In this document: piece by piece, positions 16,699 to 26,126 of the stretch
Layout: every line of letters starts with the position of its first letter
How positions within the stretch are numbered: position 1 is the stretch's first letter
Source: a virus
Taxonomy: Duplodnaviria; Caudoviricetes
Direction: 5' to 3' (one strand)
Length of the DNA stretch: 42,959 bases
Virus record (IMG/VR): IMGVR_UViG_3300025675_000039
Span: 1-42,959 of that record
The notes under the pieces: model-generated
Seen by the model: the letters and a program-made list of their open reading frames with translations, nothing else
Told to the model about the DNA's origin: nothing
Databases searched by the model: none
Program-made: the position numbers and the translations under genes

Positions 16699-17556
16699 TC
16701 AGCTGGGAAACAGCGCTCCCCAGGTCTTGCGGCCGACGATCCCGTCGGCGGTGAGCCCGGCCGCTTGCTGGAAGGCGACCACGGCGTCGTGGGTCTTCGG
16801 TCCGAAGATACCGTCGGGAACCAGGCCGAGGCGTTTCTGCACCGACACCACTCGAGCCCCGGCGCTGCCCAGCTTGATCAGGGTCGCCGGCGCGGCGCCG
16901 CGGGCGCGGTCATAGGCCTGGGCGAGCTTCTGGGCGTACCGGTTGCGCCAGTAGCCGGGCCCGTTGTAGCCGCGAGCGAAGGCAGCCCAGTCCTTGGCGC
17001 GCAGCGGCTCGACCAGCTTGGTGGTCTTCAGGAAGCCGAGCACGGCCTGCAGCTGGTGAGCCTCGTCGCGCGCCATCGCCGCGGCGAAATCTTGCACTGT
17101 GCCGAAGCCGCAGGCTTCATGGTTGAACCCCATGATCTGGAACAGGCCCCAGCTCGCGGACTTCAGCGCAGCCTCGGCGTCGAAGGTCATTGCCTTGGCC
17201 AGGCGCTCCCACTCGCCCAGCCCGCCGACATAGTCGACCTCGCCCCAGTGCTCGGCCCAGACGCCGGCCGAGGCGGCGCCGAATGGCGGGTCGGGCACCA
17301 GCCGACCGAAGACGTGCGGCTCGTAGAGGATGCGGGGCAGACGGGTCGGCAGCGCGAGGTCGGTCAGGGCGTCACCGGTGGACCGACGCAGGACCTCGTG
17401 GTCCGGGTCATCGATGAAGCCGGCGCCGGCGGATTCGATCTCAATCACCGCCTGCAGCACGGCGACCTCGACCCCGATGCCCTTGGCGGCGGCCTCGACC
17501 GCGTCCGGCGTCAACGGCGCTCCGGTCGAATAGAAGCCGGTCAGGGTCTCCAGCAT
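16699..17556 (-). CDS. Endolysin: N-acetylmuramidase (DUF3380-like) plus C-terminal peptidoglycan-binding domain
   Basis: AVIEIESAG, ILYEPHVF, SWGLFQIMGFN, FARGYNG; DGIFGPKT..AVVAFQ..GL.ADGIVG. Confidence 0.93.
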   Translation of the reverse strand: MLETLTGFYSTGAPLTPDAVEAAAKGIGVEVAVLQAVIEIESAGAGFIDDPDHEVLRRSTGDALTDLALPTRLPRILYEPHVFGRLVPDPPFGAASAGVWAEHWGEVDYVGGLGEWERLAKAMTFDAEAALKSASWGLFQIMGFNHEACGFGTVQDFAAAMARDEAHQLQAVLGFLKTTKLVEPLRAKDWAAFARGYNGPGYWRNRYAQKLAQAYDRARGAAPATLIKLGSAGARVVSVQKRLGLVPDGIFGPKTHDAVVAFQQAAGLTADGIVGRKTWGALFPS

Positions 17557-17599
17557 CCTCGCCTCCTTGCGACGGCCTCCTTGCCGATGCCGAGTCTAG

Positions 17600-17613
17600 T
17601 GCAATCAATTGCA
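17600..17613. repeat. Dispersed palindrome copy 6 (TGCAATCAATTGCA), intergenic before the endolysin
   Basis: Read directly. Confidence 0.95.
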
Positions 17614-17621
17614 CGCGTTGT

Positions 17622-18005
17622 TCACCGGAACGTGTCCGTGCCCTGCTGCTCCCGAAGGGCGTTGTCCAGGCTGTCGACCTTCGCCTCGATCCGCTGGATC
17701 ACAGTCAGCGTGCTGGTGCCCTTCTCCTCGAGTCGGATCAGCCGTTCGACGATCGAGGACTGGGTGCTGGCCATGTCTTCATACTCAGAGCGCATACGAT
17801 CGGTCTGGGAAACCAGCGAGTCGATCAGCGCCGAATGCGTCGCATCCTGCCGGGACAGCTCGGAGTCGGCGGCCCGCAGCTCGTCGTAGGTCTTCATGCT
17901 CCAGCCGGCATAGACCGCAAGCAGGGGAATGGCGACGGCCAGAACCAGCCTCTCGAGCACTGTGTACTGGGTCGAAGGGTTCACCTTCCCGGCGTCGAAC
18001 GTCAT
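17622..18005 (-). CDS. Single-TM coiled-coil protein (possible holin/antiholin or i-spanin-like)
   Basis: One TM helix followed by a heptad pattern; upstream of the endolysin; GGAGG RBS. Confidence 0.6.
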   Translation of the reverse strand: MTFDAGKVNPSTQYTVLERLVLAVAIPLLAVYAGWSMKTYDELRAADSELSRQDATHSALIDSLVSQTDRMRSEYEDMASTQSSIVERLIRLEEKGTSTLTVIQRIEAKVDSLDNALREQQGTDTFR

Positions 18006-18081
18006 CGGTGACCTCCAGTCCGTCCAGCCAAGAGGATAGGGACAACGTCGTCAGCCGCCTACCCTAAGTCCCGGAAGTGGC

Positions 18082-18237
18082 TCACTTCTGCATCTTGTTG
18101 CGGATCATTGCGAGCTTGTCCGATGCCGCGACCTTAAATTTCTCGGTCGCCGCCACCGGGTCCGATACGAACTCGACCACCGCCTCGCGCATCTCGCGGC
18201 AGGGGCGGCAGTCCCGATCCTCACGTTCCGACGCCAC
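18082..18237 (-). CDS. Small CxxC protein (51 aa)
   Basis: GTG at 18237 with GAGGAG RBS; ASEREDRDCRPCREMREAVV... Confidence 0.5.
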   Translation of the reverse strand: MASEREDRDCRPCREMREAVVEFVSDPVAATEKFKVAASDKLAMIRNKMQK

Positions 18238-18835
18238 CGAACATCTCCTCGGCATCCTGAAGGAAGGAAAACGCGTGGCCGTCGGTCGGCGCGGCCTCGA
18301 TCTGGGCGACCAGATTGGCCTCGATCGCATCGATCTGAGCGGCGACCACGGTCCACAGGTTCGAGCGGGCCAGCACCGTCTGGGCGTTCTCGAACACATC
18401 GGCACCGAACACGCCGATGCCCGACTCCAGCAGCAGATACTTGCCGGCCGGCGGCGGGTTCTCCGGGCTATGATTGGCGAGCAGGTCGATCGCCTGGTTG
18501 CGCTTCTCCAGGTAGACCATCGCCTTACCGTCGCCCGGCGTGATGAAGCGGTGCCGGGCCGCCTCGGCCTGCTCGTTGACCCGCCGGCGCATGCCCGCCC
18601 GGGCGGTCGGAAGGAATTGCAGGTCATAGATCTCGCGGATCTTCTCCGCGGTGACCACGAAACTGGGACCCTCCAGGCCTAAGATCAGCCCGTCATAGCC
18701 GGACACCCAGCCCTCGATCTGGACCGGACGCAGCTCGGCCGCCGGATCGGGCTTCGGCGGATCGTTCACGCCGTCCGGGAACCACAGGAACTCGCCGGTG
18801 AACGCGCCGCCGCGCACCACACCCCATTTCGCCAT
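18221..18835 (-). CDS. Tail fibre assembly-like protein
   Basis: Follows the fibre genes; ARHRFITPGDGKAMVYLEK helical motif; start MAKWG. Confidence 0.6.
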   Translation of the reverse strand: MAKWGVVRGGAFTGEFLWFPDGVNDPPKPDPAAELRPVQIEGWVSGYDGLILGLEGPSFVVTAEKIREIYDLQFLPTARAGMRRRVNEQAEAARHRFITPGDGKAMVYLEKRNQAIDLLANHSPENPPPAGKYLLLESGIGVFGADVFENAQTVLARSNLWTVVAAQIDAIEANLVAQIEAAPTDGHAFSFLQDAEEMFGGVGT

Positions 18836-18854
18836 CCTGGCTCTCCTTCCTGGA

Positions 18855-19772
18855 TCAGGCGACCCGGCCCGACGTGCTGCCGGTGACATGCCAGGTCGCG
18901 AAGGCATTGTTGATCACGTAGAAGCCGCCGGCCCCACCGGCGCCCGGGCTGGTCCTGAGTTGGCTGCCCCAGTTGTAGAAGCAATCCCCTTGCGAGCCGC
19001 CATGGCCGGTATGACCATAATAACCACCATTGCCGCCGGCGCCGGTGTACACCGTCACCGAGCCGCTGCCCTCAGAACAGTTGCAGCTCGATACGTGGCC
19101 CTGGGCGCCACCCCCTCCACCGGCTCCGCTCTGGGCACCCGCGCCGATCCCACCGGATGGTCCATTCGCGCCCCAGGTCTCCGGACCGCGCCGGCAGGTG
19201 TCAGTGCCGTCCTGGGGAAAACAACCACCCTGCCAGCCGTAGAAGTAACCGCAGCCGGCGCCACCACCTCCACCACCACCGCCGGACCAGATGGCACCGT
19301 AATTCCAGATCTGCACCGGATAGTTCAGGTACAGCGCGTTACCGCCGACATTGCCGTTGCCCGCGGCGCTGTCGAACGGCCCGGCGCCGTTGCCACCGGA
19401 ACCGCCATAGCCCAGAATGTAGCCATAGTTGTACAGGCGAACGACCGTATTGGCCGGGAAGTCGTCGATGTACAGGCCATAGTAGCCCGGGCTGCTGGCA
19501 CGCAGCCGGGCCGAGCTGTCCAGGGTTACATCGAAATCGGTGGGGGTCACCCCGTCCCAGTCGGTGTAAGTCTGCAGGTAGCTCTTCAGGTTCAGGTTCT
19601 GATGCTCGCCCGAGATGGTCACCGCATAGTCGCGCGAGAACGCCGTGCGCCACTGCCCGCCGGTGCGGACATAGGTCTGCCGGACCCGTCGCCAGGACTC
19701 CGCCACCTTGACCCAGGTGTCGTCGATCTCGCGCCAGGTACCAGCGATCCTGACATACGTCTTCGCGACCAT
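18855..19772 (-). CDS. Gly-rich tail fibre adhesin / receptor-binding protein
   Basis: W(R/K) N-terminal repeats, NYGYILGYGGSGG and poly-Gly runs, as in gp38-like adhesins. Confidence 0.75.
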   Translation of the reverse strand: MVAKTYVRIAGTWREIDDTWVKVAESWRRVRQTYVRTGGQWRTAFSRDYAVTISGEHQNLNLKSYLQTYTDWDGVTPTDFDVTLDSSARLRASSPGYYGLYIDDFPANTVVRLYNYGYILGYGGSGGNGAGPFDSAAGNGNVGGNALYLNYPVQIWNYGAIWSGGGGGGGGAGCGYFYGWQGGCFPQDGTDTCRRGPETWGANGPSGGIGAGAQSGAGGGGGAQGHVSSCNCSEGSGSVTVYTGAGGNGGYYGHTGHGGSQGDCFYNWGSQLRTSPGAGGAGGFYVINNAFATWHVTGSTSGRVA

Positions 19773-19781
19773 GACGCCCCC

Positions 19782-20294
19782 TCAGAGGTACTGCAGCCAG
19801 ACGTCGCCGTCCTCGCCGCCGCTCGGCGCGTTGGAGGAGATCGTGACGTTGCGGTCGGCCATCGAGCCGATGTTGTCGGCGGTGATCTGACCGTTGACCC
19901 CGACATTGCCGTGGAAGTAGGCGATGCCAGCACCGGCGGAGCCGCCGACCCCGAGCCGGCCGTTGGCGTCGTAGGCCAGCACATTGCGGGCATCGGTGCC
20001 GACGTCGCGAGCCGCGGCGGTGCCGAGCTGGGCCCCGTTGGAGAACGGCACGCAGACATTGGTCGTGGTGTCGATCTGGAACAGCGTGATGTCCTCGGTG
20101 CCGTCGAACAGCTTGAGCAGCCAGACCGTGCCACCCGAAGTGTCCAGCCACATCGTGCCGGCCTTGACATAGGCCGGCCGGCTCGACCCCGAGTTCGTGG
20201 TGTCGCGTGCATTGCGAAACGAGTTGAGGTGGTTGGCCAGGTCGACGCCGGTGGTCTGCGTCGGGTCCATCGTCCCCCAATCATACTGGGCCAT
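19782..20294 (-). CDS. Tail fibre protein
   Basis: Start MAQYDWG; AGTMWLDTS, LGTAAARDVGT, APSGGEDGDVWLQY. Confidence 0.75.
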   Translation of the reverse strand: MAQYDWGTMDPTQTTGVDLANHLNSFRNARDTTNSGSSRPAYVKAGTMWLDTSGGTVWLLKLFDGTEDITLFQIDTTTNVCVPFSNGAQLGTAAARDVGTDARNVLAYDANGRLGVGGSAGAGIAYFHGNVGVNGQITADNIGSMADRNVTISSNAPSGGEDGDVWLQYL

Positions 20295-23200
20295 CAGACC
20301 TTCTCCTCTCCGTAACCCTTGGCAATCCAGTCGAACGTGCGGGAGATGCTCGACCCGCCACTGTCGAAAAACTCCACGGTGAAGCCGGTTCGGCCGGCGC
20401 CGGTCAGCGTGAAGTAGTCCCCGGTCGCCATATCCTGCCCGGTGACGGCGATCGCAGGCTTGTTCTTGAAGGCCGGGCTGAAGGTGATCGTGGTGCCGCC
20501 GATCTGCGAGGTGACGTCGTCCTGACCGAGCACCCGGTCGGGCATGTCGACCTGCACCGACAGCTCGGAGATCGACGGGGTCACTGTTACCGCCAGGCTG
20601 GTCAGCACCACCCGGAACTCGAAGGCGCGGGCCTCGTAGTCCGACACGGTCACCACGTTCCAGTCCGTCCAGGTCGGCGTGCCGGCCGGATCGTCCTGAG
20701 TGGTGCGGACCTGGACATCCACGTCCCATTGCGAGCTATCACCGCCGGCCAGCTTCTCGAGGTCGACCAGGGTCGACCAGCTGTCCATGGTGTTGGTGAC
20801 GTCCTTGCCGGCCGCCAGCATCGAGAGACCGAGCCGGCACTTGTAGACCTGCCCAAGATCGGCCGAGGCGGCGAAGGCGTAGGTGCCGCCGGACGGATAG
20901 TCGCCATCGGCGTCCGGATCGAGCTCGATCGCATTGTTGAGCAGCCGGGTCCCGTCGTGCGTGCCGCCCCAGCTGATATGCTCGTCGACGTTCTCGACCA
21001 CGTTCAGCGAGAACACGCCGGCATTGCGTACCACGATCGCCGTGGCGTTGACACTGGCAGTGCCCGAGCGGTCGACCGCCTTGATCAGATAGGTGCCGGT
21101 GCGTGCCGGCACGTTGATCTGGGACAGATCGCGCGGCACCTTGTTAATCAACACCACCGCGTTCTCCCAGCTGGCGTTGATCAGCTGAGGCGTGTGTCGG
21201 ATGCGGTAGAACTCGACGTCGAGGTCGGGCACCGGGTCCCAGGTCAGGAACGCCTGGTCGCCGACGATCTGGATGTCGAAGTCGTCGACGTCGCTGGGCG
21301 GCGCCGCCTCGCCGACCATGTTGTGGACATGCGTGGTCCAGTCCGACTGACCAGCGAAGGTGGCCAGCGAGCGCACCCGGAACTCCCAGACGCCGAGCAC
21401 GGTGTCACCGAGATCGACAGTCAGGGTCTGAGTCGGTGGCCCCCAGCTGGTCCAGCTGCCGCCCGGGCGCTTGACCTCGATCTCGAAGAAGGTCACGCGG
21501 GGGTCGTTCGGCTTGCTCCAGCTCAGGAAGGCCGCGGTCTTCAGCGTGGTGCCTGAGGCGTAGATGTACTCGCGCACTTCCAGGTCGATCGGCTTGAGCA
21601 GGGGCCCGGTCGGGAACGTCGAATAGCTCGCCGGCGGCAGGCGCCGGTCGAAGTAGATCCGCTCGTACTTGTTCGGGTCGTGAAAGGCGCCATTGATCTC
21701 GACCTGGCCCCGCTCGGTCTCGCGCACCGAGATCACCCGGAACTGGCGCGGCTCGACATTGGAGCCCGACAGCACCCACATCGCGCCCGGGTGCGGCGTG
21801 GTCGAGAACGGGTCGTTGAACCGCAGCACGTTGATCACGCCGGCGCCGTTGTATATCTCGCGGCTCTCCACCGTGTCATCGGGCAGCACCACCGACAGCT
21901 CGTAGGCCTCGGAGACGTCGAGCTCGACCTCCTGGTCGATGGTGACGCTCTCGTCATCGGCGGCGATGATCCGGCCGCCATAGCGCACCCCGGCATAGGA
22001 CGGGTCGGCGATGGCGATGATGTCGCCGGGCACCACGTCGACGTGGTCCCAGCTCGCCCGGTAGGTCACGGCGTCCGGGGCATACTTCTCGTTGTCGAGA
22101 ATCCACCGGCCTTTGTAATGGGCCTCCGCCCGGTTGTTGCAACCAAGTGCAACCACCTTCAGGGGCTTGTAGCCGCGCTTCTCGATCAGCTCGACGTCCT
22201 CGACCACCTCGATCGCCGGCTCGCCCAGCTGCTCCGGGTCCTGCCACTGGACCAGCACCACCGAGTGCCGCGCCCGCAGTCCGACACCCTGGTAGTCGAA
22301 CTTGCCGTCGATCACGTTGGCCGGGGTGACCAGCTTGACCGGCTCGCCGGGCTTGTCCTGGCTGAACACCACCTGGTTCGAGCCGTAGTGCAGCATGGCG
22401 TTGAAGGTCGAAGCGACCGACTGGACGATGTGGTAGGCCTCTTCCTCCGAGCGGATCACCCCGTTGAATGTGTGACGCGGGCGCTGACCGCCCTGCCCGT
22501 CCGGCACCAGCTCGTCGCAATACTGGGCAATCTCGTACATCGTCCACTTGTCGACCGTCAGCCCCGGGGCGTACTGGGCCATGCCGTAGCGGTCGTTGAG
22601 CACCAGGTCGTAGGCCACCCAGGCGGCATTGTCGGTCACCGCCAGCTTGAAGGTGCCATCCCAGATGCCGCTGTAGCTGCGGGTCTCCGGGTCGTAGTTC
22701 GACGGCACCTGGATCTCAAGCGCCTCCAGCTCATAGGTGCGCTTCGGGATGGTGCCGCCGAACTTCTCGGCGTCGACCTCGAGCCCGACCAGGGCGCAGT
22801 CGGGGTAGATCAACTTGTGCTCGTAGAGCTCCGTGTAACGCGAGACGTAGGTCTCGTTGTTCAGCTTGGCGCTGTCGGAATCGGGGGTCACCCGGATCAC
22901 CCGGATGTCCCAGGGCGCGCCGAAGGTCTGCGGCAGGCTGATGCGGTAGCTGCGCTCATAGGGTGACACCGTCTTGCCGGCGATGGTGTCGTCGACCTTG
23001 GTCAGGTAGACGCTGCCGCTCTCGCGCACATCGATCTTGATCCGAACCTCGGTCTCGACGATGTCGCCGGTGTCATCAACCGCCCGCATCAGCGACGGGA
23101 TGCGCACGGTGACCCGCACCGCGTCTGCGTCGTCGTCGGTGATCGAGAATACGAACGGCGCGGCCTGGGTGACCTGGACACCGACCGGCTTGTCGATCTC

Positions 23201-23482
23201 GACCCGCGAGAACCCCGGCATGTAATCCTGATCCGGTGTGCCGACCCGGGTGCTCACGCTGACCCCGTCGAAATTGTACGTGCCGTTGTCGTTCTGCAGC
23301 TGGGTGCCGTTTAGGAAGATCGACCGGTGGCCGTGCTTCAGGCCGCGGATCGGTCCCTCGCTGATCAGGTCGATCGAGCGGGCGGTCGAGCGCGAGCGCA
23401 GGCTGTTCGGTGCCTCGTAGGGCTGACTGGCCCCGCCGCCCTTGCCGCCCTTGCGACCGATGATCCGGGTCTGGTGGGTCAC
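20294..23482 (-). CDS. Central tail fibre / host specificity protein (lambda gpJ-like)
   Basis: GRKGGKGG, DLISEGPI.GL, VPSNYDPETRSYSGIWDGTFK, FN3-like domains. Confidence 0.95.
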   Translation of the reverse strand: MTHQTRIIGRKGGKGGGASQPYEAPNSLRSRSTARSIDLISEGPIRGLKHGHRSIFLNGTQLQNDNGTYNFDGVSVSTRVGTPDQDYMPGFSRVEIDKPVGVQVTQAAPFVFSITDDDADAVRVTVRIPSLMRAVDDTGDIVETEVRIKIDVRESGSVYLTKVDDTIAGKTVSPYERSYRISLPQTFGAPWDIRVIRVTPDSDSAKLNNETYVSRYTELYEHKLIYPDCALVGLEVDAEKFGGTIPKRTYELEALEIQVPSNYDPETRSYSGIWDGTFKLAVTDNAAWVAYDLVLNDRYGMAQYAPGLTVDKWTMYEIAQYCDELVPDGQGGQRPRHTFNGVIRSEEEAYHIVQSVASTFNAMLHYGSNQVVFSQDKPGEPVKLVTPANVIDGKFDYQGVGLRARHSVVLVQWQDPEQLGEPAIEVVEDVELIEKRGYKPLKVVALGCNNRAEAHYKGRWILDNEKYAPDAVTYRASWDHVDVVPGDIIAIADPSYAGVRYGGRIIAADDESVTIDQEVELDVSEAYELSVVLPDDTVESREIYNGAGVINVLRFNDPFSTTPHPGAMWVLSGSNVEPRQFRVISVRETERGQVEINGAFHDPNKYERIYFDRRLPPASYSTFPTGPLLKPIDLEVREYIYASGTTLKTAAFLSWSKPNDPRVTFFEIEVKRPGGSWTSWGPPTQTLTVDLGDTVLGVWEFRVRSLATFAGQSDWTTHVHNMVGEAAPPSDVDDFDIQIVGDQAFLTWDPVPDLDVEFYRIRHTPQLINASWENAVVLINKVPRDLSQINVPARTGTYLIKAVDRSGTASVNATAIVVRNAGVFSLNVVENVDEHISWGGTHDGTRLLNNAIELDPDADGDYPSGGTYAFAASADLGQVYKCRLGLSMLAAGKDVTNTMDSWSTLVDLEKLAGGDSSQWDVDVQVRTTQDDPAGTPTWTDWNVVTVSDYEARAFEFRVVLTSLAVTVTPSISELSVQVDMPDRVLGQDDVTSQIGGTTITFSPAFKNKPAIAVTGQDMATGDYFTLTGAGRTGFTVEFFDSGGSSISRTFDWIAKGYGEEKV
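22138..22151. repeat. Dispersed palindrome copy 7 (TGCAACCAAGTGCA, 2 mismatches)
   Basis: Inside gpJ; uses locally atypical A/T-ending codons. Confidence 0.5.
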
Positions 23483-24150
23483 GCCGAATACTCCTCGGTC
23501 GTGATGCCGGCGGAGATGGTCACCGAGCCGACGAACACCCGCTTGCCGTAGGCGATCGGCACGATGCCGCCCTCGCTGCCGACATTGTCCGGAGACGAGA
23601 ACAGGAAGCTCTGGCGCTCCTCGGGCCGCTCCAGGCTGCGAACGGTCGGGGTCGGGGCCAGAAGCTGCGAGAAGCCCTGCAGCGCCATGGAGGCGCCCAT
23701 CAGCGCGATTTGGCCATAGCTGATCGAGAGGCCGCCGATCTGGAACGCGGTCGCCCCCAGACCCGAGGCCGCAGCATTGGTCGCCGCCCCAACCGAGCCC
23801 ACCGCCGAGGCGCCAGCCGCCGCGGGTGCAAACACGAAGGCGGCCCCGATCATCGCCACGCCCAGGATCACCTTGCCCAGACCACCCCGCTTGTGCCCCT
23901 CGGGCACCGGGATAATGTGCAAAGCCGGCTGGCGACCCATGCGGAAGGACAGCTCGTCGATCCCGACGTCGAAGCCGTCGTCCGGGTCACCGATCACCAC
24001 CCGGTACGAACCCTCGCGCAGGGCGTCGATGAAGCCTGGCAGCTGCGAGCGGAACGCCCGGACCGCCTCGATCGGCGTGTCCAGGTCGAAGCGGTAGGGG
24101 CCTCCGAACCGCTCGTGCAGATGGCCGTGCAGATGGACGTCCCGCATCAT
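23479..24150 (-). CDS. Tail assembly protein (lambda gpI-like)
   Basis: VHLHGHLHERFG, EAVRA..QLPGF, VPIAYG..VGS.TISAG. Confidence 0.9.
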   Translation of the reverse strand: MMRDVHLHGHLHERFGGPYRFDLDTPIEAVRAFRSQLPGFIDALREGSYRVVIGDPDDGFDVGIDELSFRMGRQPALHIIPVPEGHKRGGLGKVILGVAMIGAAFVFAPAAAGASAVGSVGAATNAAASGLGATAFQIGGLSISYGQIALMGASMALQGFSQLLAPTPTVRSLERPEERQSFLFSSPDNVGSEGGIVPIAYGKRVFVGSVTISAGITTEEYSA

Positions 24151-24842
24151 GGCGCGTACCTCACTGCAATCCTTGCGTAGCGCATCCAGCGATAGATCGG
24201 CTCGCGCACCGACAGGCGATTGTACAGGTGGTGGATGATCGTGCCATCCCCGAGATAGACGCCGGCGTGGTTCGGCACCTTCGACGCCACCTGGAAGATC
24301 ACCACGTCGCCCGTCTCGAGCCCGGCCATGTCGACCGGCTCGAATCCGGCCTTGCGGAAGTTCTCCAGGTACAGGTTGCCGCCTTGATGCCACCATTCGT
24401 CGTCTCGGGGAAAGTCGCGCAGCACGACCTGGCGCTCCTGGCGGTACCAGTCGCGCACCAGGCTGTAGCAGTCCCAGACCCCGTGCAGGAACGATCGGCC
24501 CAACAGCGGGACTGCGGGCACCTGATCACCCCAGAACACCGGCTCCGACACGTCGCTGGCGGTGACGTAGACCAGACCCCAGGGCCTGGCCATGGCGATC
24601 TGCTGGGCCATGTCGGCGGCCGACGGGCTGGCCGGGCCATCGGGGTGACTGTGCACCACCGCCTGCAGCCGGTCGCCGAGCCGTGCAATCAATTGCAAAT
24701 CCATCTCGAAGGCCCGGGTCGGGTCCTCCGCCAGGTTCTGCTGGGGATGATAGACCCCGTCGACCACCACGCCGCAGCTCTCCGCCGGATAGGCCTGCCG
24801 AGCATGCGCCTTGATGGCGTCGATCACCGGTGTGTCGAACAT
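24147..24842 (-). CDS. Tail assembly protein (lambda gpK-like; JAB/MPN + NlpC/P60)
   Basis: ESCG, HSHP...PSAAD, DCYSLVRDWY, NHAGVYLG. Confidence 0.95.
   Translation of the reverse strand: MFDTPVIDAIKAHARQAYPAESCGVVVDGVYHPQQNLAEDPTRAFEMDLQLIARLGDRLQAVVHSHPDGPASPSAADMAQQIAMARPWGLVYVTASDVSEPVFWGDQVPAVPLLGRSFLHGVWDCYSLVRDWYRQERQVVLRDFPRDDEWWHQGGNLYLENFRKAGFEPVDMAGLETGDVVIFQVASKVPNHAGVYLGDGTIIHHLYNRLSVREPIYRWMRYARIAVRYAP
24684..24697. repeat. Dispersed palindrome copy 8 (TGCAATCAATTGCA)
   Basis: Inside gpK, encoding LQLIA. Confidence 0.95.
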
Positions 24843-26116
24843 CACGATCGCACCCTCCCGACGCCCGGAAACGCCCGCGTCGGCAGCGGCTGCGTTCCGA
24901 ACCTGGCCTGACAGTGATCGAGCCGCTTGCCGCAGCGGTCCTGGCTTAGGTCGGCCACGGCATTGCCGTTCTCGTCGAAATAGGCGGCGCCGACATAGGG
25001 GCAGGTTGCCTTGCTGTAGTCGAACGCTCCGCTGTCGGCGTCCCAGCGCCGGTAGCGGTGCAGGCAGACTTCGCGCAGGATCGGCCGGCCCAGCGTGCGG
25101 TTGGCCTGGTCGGCCAAAGCTGCCAGCTCGAGCTCGACGAACACCTTGTTGGCCGTCACCTTGCGCTCGACCTCGAACACGTCCGGCGTGAAGTGGGCGT
25201 TCGGGTCGGCCGAGGGCTGGTCGTCGAGGAACCGCCGGAACGTCCGGATGCGGGTCACCGTGGCGCCAATCAGGTCGTCGTAGGATACCAGAGCCGCCGA
25301 CAGCACCTTCTTGACGTTGGACAGGCGCACGGTCGGCCTGGGTAGGGCCCCCTTGCCCGACCACTCGAAGCCGCGGACCTCGATGTCGATCGGGTCGTAC
25401 TTCTGACCGTCGTAGTACACCGGGCTCTTCGAGAATGTGGTCGGGGTGAAGTAGTACACCTCGCCGCCCAGCGCCGTGGCGTCGAGCTGGAACAGCCAGA
25501 TGGGAGGGCTGGGCGTAAGCCTCTGCTTCTCCTCGGCGATCGAGGAGGTGCGGCTGACCTGGATCGCGATGCCGCTGATCGCGGACAGGCTGACACTGCT
25601 CTCGCCGGCGACACCCTGGGTCGCCACCACCGCGATCGAACCGGTTGCACTGACCGTCTGGACGGCAATCTGCAGACCGGTGCGCGCGACCGAGACGTCG
25701 ATCCCGCCCTTGGCGGTGACGCTGACCGAGTGCTGGCCGGCGCCGGTCGAGGCCGCCTCGACGACCCGGACCGCCCCCTCCCCTTCGACCTGGACGCTGA
25801 CGCCGGCCGACTTCGATGCCGAAGCGCCGACGTCAGCCGCGGGAGGGTTTATGATGGCTGCCGCCAAGCCCCCCTTGCTGGCGGCGACGCTGATCGCCCC
25901 GGTAGCACTGACGAAGGCGGCCCGGCCGGCCCCGCCGGTGCCCGTCGAGGCGACCGAGATCGACGGCGTCGCGCTGATCGCTATGCTGGCCTGGCGCTGG
26001 AACGACGCCTCGACCGAGATCGTGCCGGTGGCCGACACCGACGACGCGGCGACCTGCCGGTTGACCGAGCCCTTGAGCGCCCAGAGCGCGCCGACGACGA
26101 GAAAGCGGTTTGCCAT
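24842..26116 (-). CDS. Minor tail protein gpL-like with about 190-aa N-terminal repeat extension
   Basis: C-terminal part LFQLDATALGG...PRPTVRLSN...four conserved Cys...FPG; N-terminus made of (V/I)SATGxIxV repeats. Confidence 0.85.
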   Translation of the reverse strand: MANRFLVVGALWALKGSVNRQVAASSVSATGTISVEASFQRQASIAISATPSISVASTGTGGAGRAAFVSATGAISVAASKGGLAAAIINPPAADVGASASKSAGVSVQVEGEGAVRVVEAASTGAGQHSVSVTAKGGIDVSVARTGLQIAVQTVSATGSIAVVATQGVAGESSVSLSAISGIAIQVSRTSSIAEEKQRLTPSPPIWLFQLDATALGGEVYYFTPTTFSKSPVYYDGQKYDPIDIEVRGFEWSGKGALPRPTVRLSNVKKVLSAALVSYDDLIGATVTRIRTFRRFLDDQPSADPNAHFTPDVFEVERKVTANKVFVELELAALADQANRTLGRPILREVCLHRYRRWDADSGAFDYSKATCPYVGAAYFDENGNAVADLSQDRCGKRLDHCQARFGTQPLPTRAFPGVGRVRS

Positions 26117-26126
26117 GCCGGATCTC

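Noticed and set aside
17560-17585. Direct repeat GCCTCCTTGC twice before the endolysin
   Set aside because: Explained as a duplicated Shine-Dalgarno sequence (GCAAGGAGGC); too short to support more
18855-20294. Diversity-generating retroelement or invertible cassette acting on the tail fibres
   Set aside because: No reverse transcriptase, invertase, template/variable repeat pair or inverted fibre cassettes seen
24165-24177. TGCAATCCTTGCG as a further palindrome copy
   Set aside because: Right arm has two mismatches with the short spacer; not distinguishable from chance
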